Below are positions 39,683 to 54,242 of a stretch of DNA of 64,000 bases, piece after piece (the first letter of the stretch is position 1; each line of letters opens with the position of its first letter). This DNA is from Octopus sinensis (Eukaryota). The translations under genes and the position numbers were made by a program. Below the pieces are notes generated by a model that saw nothing but the letters and a program-made list of their open reading frames with translations, made no database searches and had not been told where the DNA came from. The stretch covers positions 6,324,001-6,388,000 of the forward strand of contig NC_043008.1 in the NCBI RefSeq assembly GCF_006345805.1, given 5' to 3'.

Positions 39683-40126
39683 TCTGGGAATTGAAACTGC
39701 AATCCTACGACTGCGAGTCCGCTGCCCTAACCACTGGGCCATTGTGTCTCCACAAACACAAATTTATATTAGTTCCTATGTATGTTTCACCATTATTGTT
39801 CACTATGGCTGCTTGGAATCCTACAACTTAATGCAAAAAAACTGCGTTTTCTGATCTGTTACAGGTAAGCATCCAAATGCACTTGGAGCACTCAATGCAG
39901 GGTTCCAAGCAACCACAATGGCGAAACACATAGAAATTAATAATAGAAACTTGTATTTATCATGGTTTTCTCCTACTTTTGCTTTGTATCTCATACCTAG
40001 TAATACCATGAAGTCTTGTAGTTACTTAACCAATATGCAGGAAGCAGAATGGATTATGGTAATCTATGCAGAACTCTGAAACACAACAGTAGCAGTCATA
40101 CATCTATTTGTATACTCACGATATAC

Positions 40127-40169
<43 letters not shown>

Positions 40170-40689
40170 CTACCTATCTATCTGTCTGACTGTTTGTCTG
40201 TCTGTATGTATGATGAATGTATTTATATTGGATTTTAGAAGGAATATTTTAAAAATAAATACTCCGAATTTATTGATATTGTTAGCTACCTTTTTATATA
40301 TATTTTTTAGTTATTTATTTAGTTATTTGTTTATTTATTATTATATTTTGGTTATTATGGTATTTGATCATAGACTTCTAACCTCTCCAGTGATCTTTGT
40401 GCATAATTCCATAACAAATAATTGAATTATAAAGAAAACTGCTGGCAATAGACTGGCTTTTGTAGCTGTTCAGTTTATTTGTTTTGGCCCAAAATAATTA
40501 ATTTCTATGTATTTAGAACCTAATAAAGATTTATACCATTATACCGAATCTCTGCTTCTTATTTACTCAACTTCCTTTGCTGATTGCAGGAATACATTCA
40601 AGAGAAAATGTCCTACATATTGACAAACTCACACTGATAGCTTCTCACATCCTGAGTCTGCCATCAATCGGGAAGATTACAGTTGTTGT

Positions 40690-40997
40690 TGTTGTTTGTT
40701 CCTTCTTGAGCCATGCCTGGCTCATTAGGGCTGGTTTCCCGGTTTCCATGGTGTGTATAGGTTCCCCACCTGGATGGGATGCCAGTCCATCGCAGGTGAG
40801 CTGCAAGATGCAGGAGGAAAGAGCGAGAGAAAGTCGTGGTGAAAGAGTCAGCAGAAGTTCACCATTATCTTTCACCGGAGTCGCGTGGAGCTTAGGTGTT
40901 TCACTCATAAACACACACCTCACCCGGTCTGAGATTTGAACCTGCAATCCCTTGACCATGAGTCCGCTGCTCTAACCACTAGACCATGTGCCTCCAC
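40690..40997 (-). mobile_element. SINE family B variant
   Basis: Reverse complement of the gtggaggcacatggtctagtggttagagcagcggac head. Confidence 0.8.
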
Positions 40998-41369
40998 TAA
41001 GATTGCAGTACAACATACACACACACAAGCACATACATTGACACACATGCATTTTATAAATGTTAGTGACTGTGAATAAAATGCACATGACCTCAAATAT
41101 AAGTTATAATATCAGATTGTTTTATTAGCCATTTAATAGAAAATGTTTAGAAGTAATTGTGAGTATCAAACCTTTCCTTGATGAAGAATGCACCATTTAA
41201 TGTAGGTGACTTGATTAGTGATTAATTTAATCAACATTGATTGGAGATGGCACTTGTGCCAGTGGAACGTTAAAAGCACGTAAAGACATGAAATACACCT
41301 ACGCATTTCACTCAGCATGCTAATGTTTCTGCAAGCTCGCTGTCTTTAACAGCTAGGAAATCATTAAGG

Positions 41370-42330
41370 TTATGACAGCAGAGAAAGCAGCCAGATCTTA
41401 AGAGAGGGTCACTGAGATCCTGAAAGCATCCAGTGATGTAGAACGAGCAGTCAACTGATACAAGCAGAAAAGATCTGCTTTAAAAAGAATCAAACATAAA
41501 CCATTTAGATTTGTGTCAGAGGGGAGAGCAGTCGAAGCACTGATCCAAATGAAATGATAAAGTGAAGCTCCAAGGAAAAGTAACCAAGTCTAACTTCCAC
41601 TGGATCTGAAGAAGGTTTCTGACAGTGTACCAGACTCTGTCATCTGGTGGGTGCTAAGAAAATGAAGTGGGATTGGTTATAAGAGCCAACGGAGCATTTT
41701 ACAGAGATACTCTCAGCAAAGTGTGAGTTTACATTGAGTTCTGTGAGGAATTTAGCATGCAAAAAGATATCAATCAACGTTTGGTTCTCAGCTGGTTCTG
41801 TTTATTATAGTTCTTCAGGCTATAGCAGAGGAGTTTGAACCCAGCTGTCTACTGGAATTTCAGTATGCCAAAGAACTAGTTCTTGTGGTTGAACTGTTTG
41901 ATTATTTTTAGAAGCAAATTCTAGAAATGGAAGGTTTTAAACCAATCAGAGATGAAAGTTTAATGATTTGAAAGAAATTCAAAGACAGTGTGAATAAAGA
42001 AAGAGGACTAAGGGTGTCAAAGAAAACTTTGAAATGAGAAAAGTCTGTAGAACACAGAAGCAGGGAGAAGACTGAGTTGGTATGAAGACATTGGTAGGTA
42101 TGGAGGATGAGGGGTGGGTGAAGAAGTACAACGTAACCTACATGGAAGAGCTCTGTGAGGGAAGAAGATCAAATGAGACATGGGGGAGAAGAAATGGAAG
42201 CTGATTTTAAGAAACTGAACTTCATGAAGGAAATGACAAAGAGAAAATAATGTACTTGAGAAGAATCACCCGATCCTGGTCTATCATGAGACGACAAGCA
42301 TAAAATAATGATGATGAGATAATGATGATG
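41370..42330 (+). mobile_element. decayed RTE-clade LINE (RT and 3' end)
   Basis: LDLKKVSDSVPDSVIWWVLRK (41600), LFIIVLQAIAEEFEPSCLLEFQYAKELVLVVE (41798; YADD-equivalent), [15 protein letters not shown] near the 3' end, then a (GAT)n tail. Confidence 0.85.
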
Positions 42331-42335
42331 TTGAT

Positions 42336-42515
42336 ATGTGTGTGTATGTGTGTGTGTGTTTATATATACACAGACACACATATATATACATACATACATA
42401 CACACATATATATATATGTATATGTATATATATATACACACACACGCATATATATATATATGTATATATATATATTTATATATATATATGCATATGTATA
42501 TGTATGTATATATAT

Positions 42516-42597
<82 letters not shown>

Positions 42598-42632
42598 CAC
42601 ACACACACACACATACACGTATGTGTGTGTGT
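42336..42632. repeat. compound (TG)/(TA)/(CA) microsatellite
   Basis: Direct. Confidence 0.9.
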
Positions 42633-44099
42633 GTTATCACAAAATCTTTAGATTGACAAGATACAAAAAGAAAATACAGGCACAAAATAGCAGATACTTT
42701 TTCTTTTCTTCTCTAGTTTCTTTATATTCAAATGTGTTGAATACTGTAATAATTGACCACATTACTTTCTCTACAAACCTTACTTCGCTCAACTGCAAAA
42801 CTAACTTTCGCTTGTCTCTCAGTTCATCTCATTTCTTTCTTTCTCGTATTGAATATTCCGATCGATTCGATTGTTTGTAGTTCTTTCGGTTTCTTTATTT
42901 CACCTGATATAATCTATAACCCTAACCTTCTACCTCGGATACGTCTGACTATTTCTTATGCAGATTTAATAAGTGGTATGAAGAGAAGATTAAAAGAAGG
43001 GTGTCTTTTTTCTTTTCTTTCTATTTTCTTTTTGTCATTATAATTTCTACCCAACTTTGAAATGTGGCCATTGTCGGCTCAGGATTCAATAGTAATTTAG
43101 TTTCTTTGGCTCAAGTGATCCAATATTTCCTGGTAGTAGCTGAGATGTTATTGAGTTATTTTGACTCATGTGTTTGTAATTGAGCTTCGGTTAACTTTGG
43201 AGGTAATGAAAATCAAAAATTTATTCGGTGACTCACTTGAATTGTGAGGTGTGTAGAAATTATTGCCTAAAGGAATTAGGACAAAGGAGACGAAAGAAAG
43301 AAAGAAAAAAGCAAAAGAAAAGAAAAAGAAACCTTAACCACATTAATGTGAGTGGCATTAAATCTTTACAAACTAATGGCATCTCTGAATATACAAGGAA
43401 CGGACAGTAAACTAATGAGAAAAACGCAAGAGCAGCGAAGAAGAGTTTCGAATTAGCTGAAGAAACATCAAAGGAAATATAGACGAAAGTAGATTAGGCA
43501 AAAGTTATTGAAAATCCTAATAGATTATTTATGAAGATAGGTGTAGTTATAAAGGGGGGAAGAAAACCAAAAAAACTAACAGACTATTAGTGAAAAGCAT
43601 CAAGGATCTATTGCATGGTCTATTACTAAAGGAGATGTAGGTAATTAGTATCAAAAAAAAGTATTCTGCTAGTATAATTCAATATTTATTATTTATGTAT
43701 TATCAGCTTATTTTCTATGGTGTAACAGTTCACCATAGTAACCTGCTATCTTACTTTACACTTGGTGAAACAATTCAAGATTTTCGAACTAACGAATGAT
43801 ACCTGGAATAACGATAACGCTCATTCTAAGCTGAGATAGCTAGGCAACGTTTAAAATATAATATGCACTAAAAAATAAATATATTTTAGTTTTTAAGCAG
43901 CGACTTTGAGAAGATTGAATTAACTCTAGTCATCTGAATTCATTCAATAAATAAATACTTTAAAAATTGGAAGATTTTATTAAAGGGAAATTATAGAAAA
44001 GATCTGGAAGATTCGTGAGATGGTAACTGTATATCAGGGAATCAAACAAATCTAGAAGTAACAAAAAAATATCTGATCTCACTTTGAGGAAAAATCATG

Positions 44100-44625
<526 letters not shown>

Positions 44626-45812
44626 TGAAAGACAATATTCCTGAGGAAAAGAATGTCAGAAATTCTTTTACAAGTCTAGACTACACCTGTCATCAGCCTC
44701 AACCACGTTACATGGTACGACGGAATTCTGATGTTGACCTATAAAAGTATGGAAAAATTCCTTTCTTTGTTACGGTCATGAGATGGTCTGTAATAAAAAC
44801 CTGCACAACCAATGCCAAGCATTAACCAACATGTTCCCTAATTTGCTAAAGATTTGCTATTTCTGTGTGTGTGTGTGTGTGTGTCTGTGTGTGTATTCAG
44901 TTTTATTTCAAGATTTCTTGCTAATAGAGAAAGAGCCAGTTTCTAGCCTAGACCCAAGGCACCTTCACTGGAATATGTATGTATGTATATATGTATGTAT
45001 GTGTTTGTGTGTATGTGCATGTATGTGTGTGTATGTATGTATATAAGTATATGTGTATGTATGTGTGTGTATGTGCATGTATATATGTATGTATGTATAC
45101 ATATGTGTATGTATGCATGTATGTATGCATGTGTGTGTGTATGTATGTATATATAAGTATATATGTATGCATGTATGTAAGCATGTGTGTGTGTGTATTC
45201 AGATGAACTTCGACATTAAATTCCTGTCTCGGCAGTTCATAAATCCACCCAAAATTTAGGTCTGTTGAGGACATGTTTCTCATCACCAACAACTTTTGAT
45301 GCGATGGTTGTGGTGGTGGTGGTGATGGTGAGTGCCCAACAGATGAGTACAACAGACTACCAGATAAAAATGTACAAGTTAGATAAAAAAAAAAATCAAC
45401 TCACTCCCTTCTATCTAAGTCTATGAACCAACAAACTAAGATATTTTTTTTTTTTCTTATTTTGTCAAAGGTGAGAATCTAGTCGGAATAAAAATATCCA
45501 TTCTTAAAAACATTCTTCCAAAGAACTTTCAACTCTACTTTCAACTCCCATTATTTTAGTGACAAGAATATTTCACATCAGACCTACTTTTAGTCAATAA
45601 GTATTACTATAACCACCTCACTGACAAAAAAAAAAAAATAGTATATTCTGAATAAAACATAATAGTAAGTCACACAAGCATTAAAATAGTCATGTTTAAG
45701 CCATGATAATCTTATAAACCAAAAATAACCCCAACAAAAACTAAAATTGTATTTCTGTTCATACCTTCCATTAACATTTTGTACTTTTCCCAGTCATTAT
45801 ATTAAATTGTGT

Positions 45813-45953
45813 AGTTCAAATTCCGCCGAGGTTGACTTTGCCTTTCATCCTTTTGGGGTCGATAAGTTAAGTACTAGTTGTGTACTGGGGTTGATCTAAT
45901 CGACTGGCCCCCTCCCCCAAAATTTTGGGCCTTGTGAGTAGAGTAGAAAAGAT
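45813..45953 (+). mobile_element. SINE family D, 5'-truncated
   Basis: gttcaaattccgccgaggttgactttgcc...gagtagaaaag. Confidence 0.85.
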
Positions 45954-45964
45954 TATATTATATT

Positions 45965-46280
45965 GCGAAGGTGTGTGGTTTAGTGTTTCGGGCATTTGAC
46001 TCATGATCGTAATGTTGTGAATTCAATGCCAGGCAGTGCATTGTCCTTGAGCAAGACACTTCATTTCATATTGCTCCAGTTCCCTCAGCTGGCAAAAGGA
46101 GTTGTACCTGCAATTCAAAGGGCCAACCTTGTCCTATTCTGTGTCATGCTCAATCTCTTGAAGAACTACATTAAGGGTACGCATGTCTCGGGAATACTCA
46201 GCCACTTATATATTAATTTTATGGGCAGGTTGTTCTGTTGATCTGATCTTCTGGAACACTTATCAACAGAACCGATGAAG
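45965..46280 (+). mobile_element. CORE-like SINE family C
   Basis: Homology to the 24385 copy. Confidence 0.85.
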
Positions 46281-46286
46281 TGTTCT

Positions 46287-46620
46287 TTTATTCTTTTACT
46301 TGTTTCATTCATTTGACTGCGGCCATGCGGGAGCATCATCTTTAGCCGAGCAAATCGACCTCAGGATTTATACTTTGTAAGCCTAGTACTTATTCTATTG
46401 GTCTCTTTTGCTAAACCTCTAAGTTACGGAGACATAAACACACCAGCATCAGTTGTCAAGCAATGTTGGGGGGACAAACACAGACCCACAAACACACACA
46501 CACACACACATACACAATGGGCTTCTTTCAGTTTCTGACTACCAAATCCACTCACAAGTCATTGTCAAAGTGTGACTGAACCCAGAACCGTGTGGTTGGT
46601 AAGCAAGCTTCATACCACAT
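46287..46620 (-). mobile_element. SINE family A
   Basis: Reverse complement of the 11897 copy, with internal deletion. Confidence 0.85.
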
Positions 46621-47473
46621 TATATTATATTATTTTACCTTGATTTTAGACTCTGATCTTAAAGCTTAAAATGGCCAACTTTTTTAAATGCGATATTATT
46701 ATCAAATTATTGTTATATTTTGTGATGGTCATACTATTTTTTTGAAATTTTTCCAAAAAATCACATGCACTAGATATCCATTCTTTACTTCGGTTTTATT
46801 ATTGTTCTTATTTTCGCCTCTTTTATCAGGAAATCTTTTGTCTTCAGAGTTGCTGAAGAGGTCACAAGATGTGTGACACTAGATTTCCAGACAGAGACAC
46901 AATAATACAACTGAACTGAACAGCAAATATATAGTGCATGTGTTTATGTGGCAAAAAGAAAAATAAATGAAATCCTGAAATGTAACAATAACTGTTTCAA
47001 CACACAATTTCACATCAAGAATCTTACAAAACAAAAACATAAACAAATTATCAAATTTTTTCCTTCATACCATGAATATGTAATTACTCATCGATTCGCT
47101 TTAAATATCAGAATACCAGTTTCTACTTTTGGGGGATTCCAATTATTCATAGCACACAATAAATTCTCACAGTTCTTCTGGTCTTTCATCAACATTCATT
47201 CTCTCTTTTCTACTTTATTAAAGACATCTAAATATTTCTAATCCAAGAGCTATGTCCTGTACAGTATAGCATCTATGGACATACAATTTTGATATCTCTG
47301 GAACCAAAATTCAAATATGTTCCTTCAATGTTCATATTTCTTAACTTTATAAAGGGACTTCATTGAAACTCCAGCATTAAATTTTAATCAACAAATTCGC
47401 TCTGCTCTTTTCCATCATTTATGCATATATACTTAACTACATAAATACATGTGCACACACATACACACACACA

Positions 47474-47513
<40 letters not shown>

Positions 47514-47524
47514 AACACATGTAT

Positions 47525-47884
47525 TAAAAGCACCATTCAAGCGTGATCGTTGCCCTAACTTTAACAGACTCCTGTGCCAGTGGCACGTAAAAAACACCAT
47601 TCAAGCATGATCGTTGCCTGTGGTGCCTGACTGGTTCCTGTGCCGGTGGCACATAAAAAACACCATTTGAGCATGGTTGATGCCAGTACCACCTGACTGG
47701 CCCTCGTGCCACAGGCACCCACTACACTCTCAGAGTGGTTGGTGTTAGGAAGGGCATCCAGGTGTAGAAACTTTGCCAGGTCAAGATTGGAGCCTGGTAC
47801 AGCCTCCTGGCTTGCCAGCCCTCAGTCAAACCGTCCAACCCATGCCAGCCTGGAAAGCAGATGTTAAATAACGATGATGATGAT

Positions 47885-47885
<1 letters not shown>
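47525..47885 (+). mobile_element. SINE family E with three ~65-bp internal tandem units
   Basis: aaaa.caccatt..agc.tg.tcg..gcc...gtgcc.gtggcac repeated at ~47527, 47589 and 47655, then the standard E tail. Confidence 0.85.
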
Positions 47886-47932
<47 letters not shown>

Positions 47933-48154
47933 TATATACTATATTACCACCAATTTTTATATATATATATATAATAACCAAATTATTCTTTCACCAGTGG
48001 TTTGAAAATTTAATATAATGAAACAAATTTGTATATCTGTTCATACCTAATTCAATCAATTTACTTTACAATATTGTATGGTGATGGAATAATAGTGAAT
48101 TCCCTTATCTACTTTCTGGTTCCATTTTTTTGTTTTTCTGAAATTCATATTTTG

Positions 48155-48156
48155 CT

Positions 48157-48201
<45 letters not shown>

Positions 48202-48233
48202 TATATATATATGTATATATATAGTATATATAT

Positions 48234-48287
<54 letters not shown>

Positions 48288-48288
48288 G

Positions 48289-48319
<31 letters not shown>

Positions 48320-48403
48320 GTAATATATATATGATATATATATATATGTATATATATATATATGTATATATATATTATATTATATAATATATATGTATAT
48401 ATG

Positions 48404-48447
<44 letters not shown>

Positions 48448-48459
48448 AATATATATATG

Positions 48460-48498
<39 letters not shown>

Positions 48499-48535
48499 GT
48501 ATATATGTATATATATAATATATATTATATATATG

Positions 48536-48569
<34 letters not shown>

Positions 48570-48576
48570 ATATATG

Positions 48577-48612
<36 letters not shown>

Positions 48613-48617
48613 TAATG

Positions 48618-48657
<40 letters not shown>

Positions 48658-48662
48658 TATAT
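48155..48662. repeat. ~500-bp degenerate (TA)n array
   Basis: Direct. Confidence 0.95.
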
Positions 48663-48823
48663 AGGCATGGCTGTGAGGTAAGAAGCTTCCTTCCTAGCCA
48701 CATGCTTCCAGGTTCATTTCCACTACTTGGTGCCTTGGGCTGACCAAAGCCTTATGAGTGAATTTGGTAGATGGAAACTGAAAGAAGCCCTTCATATTCA
48801 CACACGCACCACACACACACACC

Positions 48824-48921
<98 letters not shown>

Positions 48922-49170
48922 TGTATGTATATGTATGTATGTATGTATGTGTGTGCACTTGTTTGTGTGTGTCTCCCACCAACATCGCTTGACAACCAAT
49001 GGTGGTGTGTTTACGTCCCCATCACCTAGCAGTTTGGCAAAAGAAACCGATAGAATAAGTACTAGGCTTACAAAGAATAAGTCCTGCGGTCGATTTGTTC
49101 GACTAAAAAGAGGCAATGCTCCAGCGTGGCCACAGTCAAAATAACTTTAACAAGTAAAAGAATAAAAGAA
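48663..49170 (+). mobile_element. SINE family A with expanded central microsatellite
   Basis: Head at 48663, tail to ~49170. Confidence 0.85.
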
Positions 49171-49358
49171 TATATATATATAATAATTATTTGAGGGAAT
49201 ATTATTCCTAACTTATAGAGAAAATTTTTTTATTTTGCAATTTACTTAATTATCGGTATATTTATTGTTATTTTAATTTTAATATTTCTATTATATGTAA
49301 TTTTCTAGATGGTGTAATTTAGTTGTTCATTTTGAATTGATAAAAGGTGGTTTTTTCA

Positions 49359-49403
<45 letters not shown>

Positions 49404-49444
49404 TATATATATATATACACACACATATATATATATACACACAT

Positions 49445-49497
<53 letters not shown>

Positions 49498-50129
49498 CAC
49501 ACTCATATAAACACAAGTACACACACACTGTCACACATGCATCTCCTTCACTGCCATATTCTTTATTCGATTGCCACTTGTAATAATTCCTCGTCTCCTC
49601 TAAGGATACACTTTTCCTATTTCAATACCCTTATCATGCAACTCCAGCAATTGCCGGCCTATAAATATAATAAAATACACACCAACACTGAACTTTCTAT
49701 TGATATATGTGTCTCCTTGTGTATCGGAATCTCGTATGTTAATTATAACATAACAATGCAGATTCGAAGAGAAGGAGGCAAAGAAATGCTAACAGGTAGA
49801 TGCTGATGCAGGAGAATGGTTGTGTTTAATATGAAGCACATGCATTCTTCAGGAAATAAGTAGGAGACGTAGACAAGAAATGTCAGCCGGCACACACAAT
49901 TTTTGGTGAATGACTGATGGCTGGAAACAAAAGAATTAGATTCGGTTTCAGTGACAAGGTTTAAATGGTTGCGAAACAATGTAGCCGAAGAGATGTGCTG
50001 ATGCGAGTGGAAAAGCACGAGAATGATGTTGGACAAAAGATGGGGAAAAAAAATTGGAAACCAAAGGAGGAACTGGAACCAAATGTAATAAATGTTACTA
50101 CCATGACAATATAAGTAACCATGGTAACA

Positions 50130-50495
50130 GTGATGGAGGTGGTGGTGGTGGTGGTGGTGGTGGTGATAGGTTGTGATAGTGGTGGCAAGCAGGTGGTGGT
50201 AGTGGTAGTCGCTGTCATACTGGTGGTCATCGTCATCATCATGATGGTGATGGTTGTGGTGGTAGTGGTGGTAGGGGGTCATGGTGATGGTGGCAGGTGG
50301 TGGATGGTAGCTGTGGACAGTGGTGGTGGTGGTGATGGGTGGTGCTGGTGGTGGTGGTCATCATCATAGTTGTACTGGTTGAGTTCATCCTCGTCGTTAT
50401 CATGGTGGTGGTAGTGGTGGCAGGTCGGGGTTGTGGTAGATGGTGGTTCTGGACAGTGGTTGTGGATGGTGGTGGTGGTGGTGGTGGTGGTGTGG
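50130..50495. repeat. degenerate (GGT)n/(GAT)n tract
   Basis: Direct. Confidence 0.85.
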
Positions 50496-51059
50496 TGGAA
50501 GTAACTATGACTAAGATAATAACAGCAGTTAAAAAATCAAATTTAGAATGAAAGTTAGTGAAAGATAATTAACCTAGGAATAAAATAAGGCTTAATGGAA
50601 CTAATTAGAAACATGTTTGAAGAGAGGATCAAGAAATATCTGCCATGCACTTACCAAAAAGAAAGAAAAAAACAAAAAGAAAAAGAAAACAAAATTTAGA
50701 CAACAGAATTAAAAAAAAATGGTTTTGGATTCTGAATTGGTTTTCAAAGTTCTGCATTATTGACTAGATACATGAGAATATAGTTAATTAATTTAGTCTA
50801 ATAAGTTAGTTTTAGATTGTATAGTAATTATTGGTAAAAGGTGCTAGTGCCGCCCAACCTCCCATCCTCAAACTCATCATATTTATAATCATAACCATCA
50901 TTAGTTTTTTTTGTTTTTTTGAGCAGATCTATTTCACTAATAAGGTAGTCCATTACCAAATAATGCTAAATCATTCAGGTATGTGTTTATGCATATATAT
51001 GTGCATATATATTTGCATATATATGTGTGTATATATATACATACATATATATATGCACA

Positions 51060-51445
<386 letters not shown>

Positions 51446-52157
51446 ATATATTACATTAGATGTATGTATTATTTTATATGCTAAGCAGAAGTTATTAAGA
51501 AAGACTGGTTTGTTGGGGTAATTATGGAGAACAAGCAAGGCAGGCAATAATCCCACAATGCTGAGATAATCAGGCAATTATAGACAACTAATAAGGCAGT
51601 TAGTTATATATATATATATATATATATACATATATATGTATATGTATATATATGTGTATATATATATATTTATATGATAAGGCAGTCCATTATAATGTAA
51701 AACTATAATGTGTGTAATGTAGACTGTTGTCAAGAAATGCTGACCTGTTCAATTAAAATCTATGCATCAACCAATTCTACACTCACTGAAGATTCTACAG
51801 ACATGATTTCAAATCAAAACTACATTAATTCTTCCCCCCGAGCCATTCGAAGCAATAGGACTTGAGGTTAATTTGGGTTGAGAAACAAACTGACTGCTCT
51901 ACGGAATGCTAATTTATAAGCTACAAGTTTGACAGAGAAATGTTATTTATTTTATGAGTTTTTGGAGATGGAGAATGTTGAATGGAAGTCACTTGTCAAT
52001 ATACGAAATCACTTCTATGGATACGAATAGATGAAATGATAAATAGAGAGCCAGCTACTTTATGCACACACGGCAATTTGTTTTTTCAGCCTGACAAGAA
52101 TAGGGTCCATTTTGTTAAGTAAAGGAGAATGAAATTGGATATGTGTGTGTGTGTGTT

Positions 52158-52190
<33 letters not shown>

Positions 52191-52254
52191 TATAAAAATG
52201 AAATATGTTTTGACCAAAGATTGGTCCAGGCCATGTCTAACTTAATAGAACCAC

Positions 52255-52290
<36 letters not shown>

Positions 52291-53637
52291 TGTATATATA
52301 TATATATTATATATATATATATATATATAGATATAGATATATATATAAATATGTGTATATATATATAAATGTATATATATATATAAATATATATGTGTAT
52401 ATATATATATGTGTGTGTGTGGTGTGTGTATATATATATATAATATATATATATATATAATATAATATATAATATCACACATATATATATAAATAGATGG
52501 GTGGATGGATGGATATACATATATATACATGTTTGTATATCATGCACGCATTCACATACATCATTCCTTCATGCCAGCATTATTTTTTCCCTCTTTTGTG
52601 TGCACTTCTGTACTCTGTAGCTAATTCAGTTCTTGACCAAATTAAATGCTGACATGTTCATTGAAAAGGACCACCACTTCACTCTATTGTCATCATCATC
52701 ATCATCTTCATCATCATCATCAGCAGCAGCATCATCAGCAGTACCACCATCATCATTCAAGATCTATTTTCTGTGCTGGCATGATTATGATTATCATTAT
52801 TATTATGATAATTATGATGATGATGGTAATTATGATGATGATGATGATGATGATGATGATTATGATTATTATTATTATCATGATGATGATGATGCTACTT
52901 ATATCTATCATCATGGAACTGGTATGTTCATGCATGTGCTTCTGCACAAGCGCATTCATACACACATATTCACTCTCTGTTCTGCAAAGCTTACTTAAAA
53001 AACCTTCCTTTCGCTTCCCTCAATACACATACATCAAACATAATATTAACATTTTCCGAACATTAACAACTTTCAGATTTAATTCCAGCAAAACCCTTCA
53101 CGAACCCACCATCAAGCGAATTAACCAACCACTGGCAAAATACACATGAACTAATCCGAGAGAGGTTATCTGGTAGTCAGCTGGAATCCTGGATTGTGTT
53201 TCCATTATCATTAATTGGAATTAAGCAATAAATATGGAAATGAGTTCTACGGCAGTCATGGACATTTCTCATTTACTGGTGTATTTCCATTTATATGGCG
53301 TTAAAGATGAAACATATAACAATATCGCGGAGGCTATCTGTAAAACAAAAGGCCAGACATGTTGGAGACAACCCTCTGTGCAAGTGAACGTCTTGAATTG
53401 TTGAGAGGAAACGAAATGATGGACGTTTCCTATTTTAAACTGATAATAAGTGACACCACAGATGGTCATTATGTTTCAAGACTCATCACTTGTAGTTTAA
53501 ATGCTGTGTTACTACTGGAAGTGATTCTATCTCTTCTTAATCTCTAAATACACTAAATTTAATACAATAAATATTTATCTAGACATATGTATAAATAAGG
53601 TGTATATTTTCACACACACACACACATACACACACAT

Positions 53638-53685
<48 letters not shown>

Positions 53686-53885
53686 GTTTAATGTCCACTT
53701 TCCATGCTAGCATGGGCTGGACGATTTGACTGAGGTCTGGCGAACCAGATGGCTGCACCAGACTCCAATGTGATCTGGCAGAGTTTCTACAGCTGGATGC
53801 CCTTCCTAACACCAACCACTTCGAGAGAGTAGTGGGTGCTTTTACGTGCCACCGGCACGAGGGCCAGTTAGGTGGTACTGGCAAC
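53638..53885 (-). mobile_element. SINE family E 3' part
   Basis: (CAT)n followed by cgtttaatgtccactttccatgctagcatggg... Confidence 0.88.
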
Positions 53886-54173
53886 AAACAAGTATGGGGT
53901 GCATTGCGTTATATTTATTTAGATATATGTATACAGAGTAAACGCATAAATGTGAAACAAGGTAGAAAAAATAGTACTTGAATACCATTGCAGAACTGTT
54001 ACTTTAATGAGTTGTATTTGTTTATCACCCAATGAGATACATCTGCACCACCGGACGTCCCTGAACCAGTTATTGAGTGTCCCACTCATGAGGAATCGAT
54101 GCTAGATGTGTCGAAACAATTGTTGTGATTAATAATAAATTCTCATATATTCCATCTTCGTCTTTCATTTGCC

Positions 54174-54207
<34 letters not shown>

Positions 54208-54242
54208 TATATAATCCAATTGTCTATATATATATATACATA

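Noticed and set aside
39773-39864. Possible exon ending CAG|GTAAGC
   Set aside because: Good donor but weak acceptor, and an unrecognisable peptide; no supporting neighbours.
46835-46880. TCTTCAG..CTGAAGA hairpin and CTGAAGA-G-GTCAC..GTGAC
   Set aside because: No GAAA core after the stem.
53269-53469. Resemblance of ..VSSLTPYKW to the glutamate-receptor M1 region (FTPYEW)
   Set aside because: Spacing from the upstream Trp does not match and there is no other receptor sequence; likely chance.
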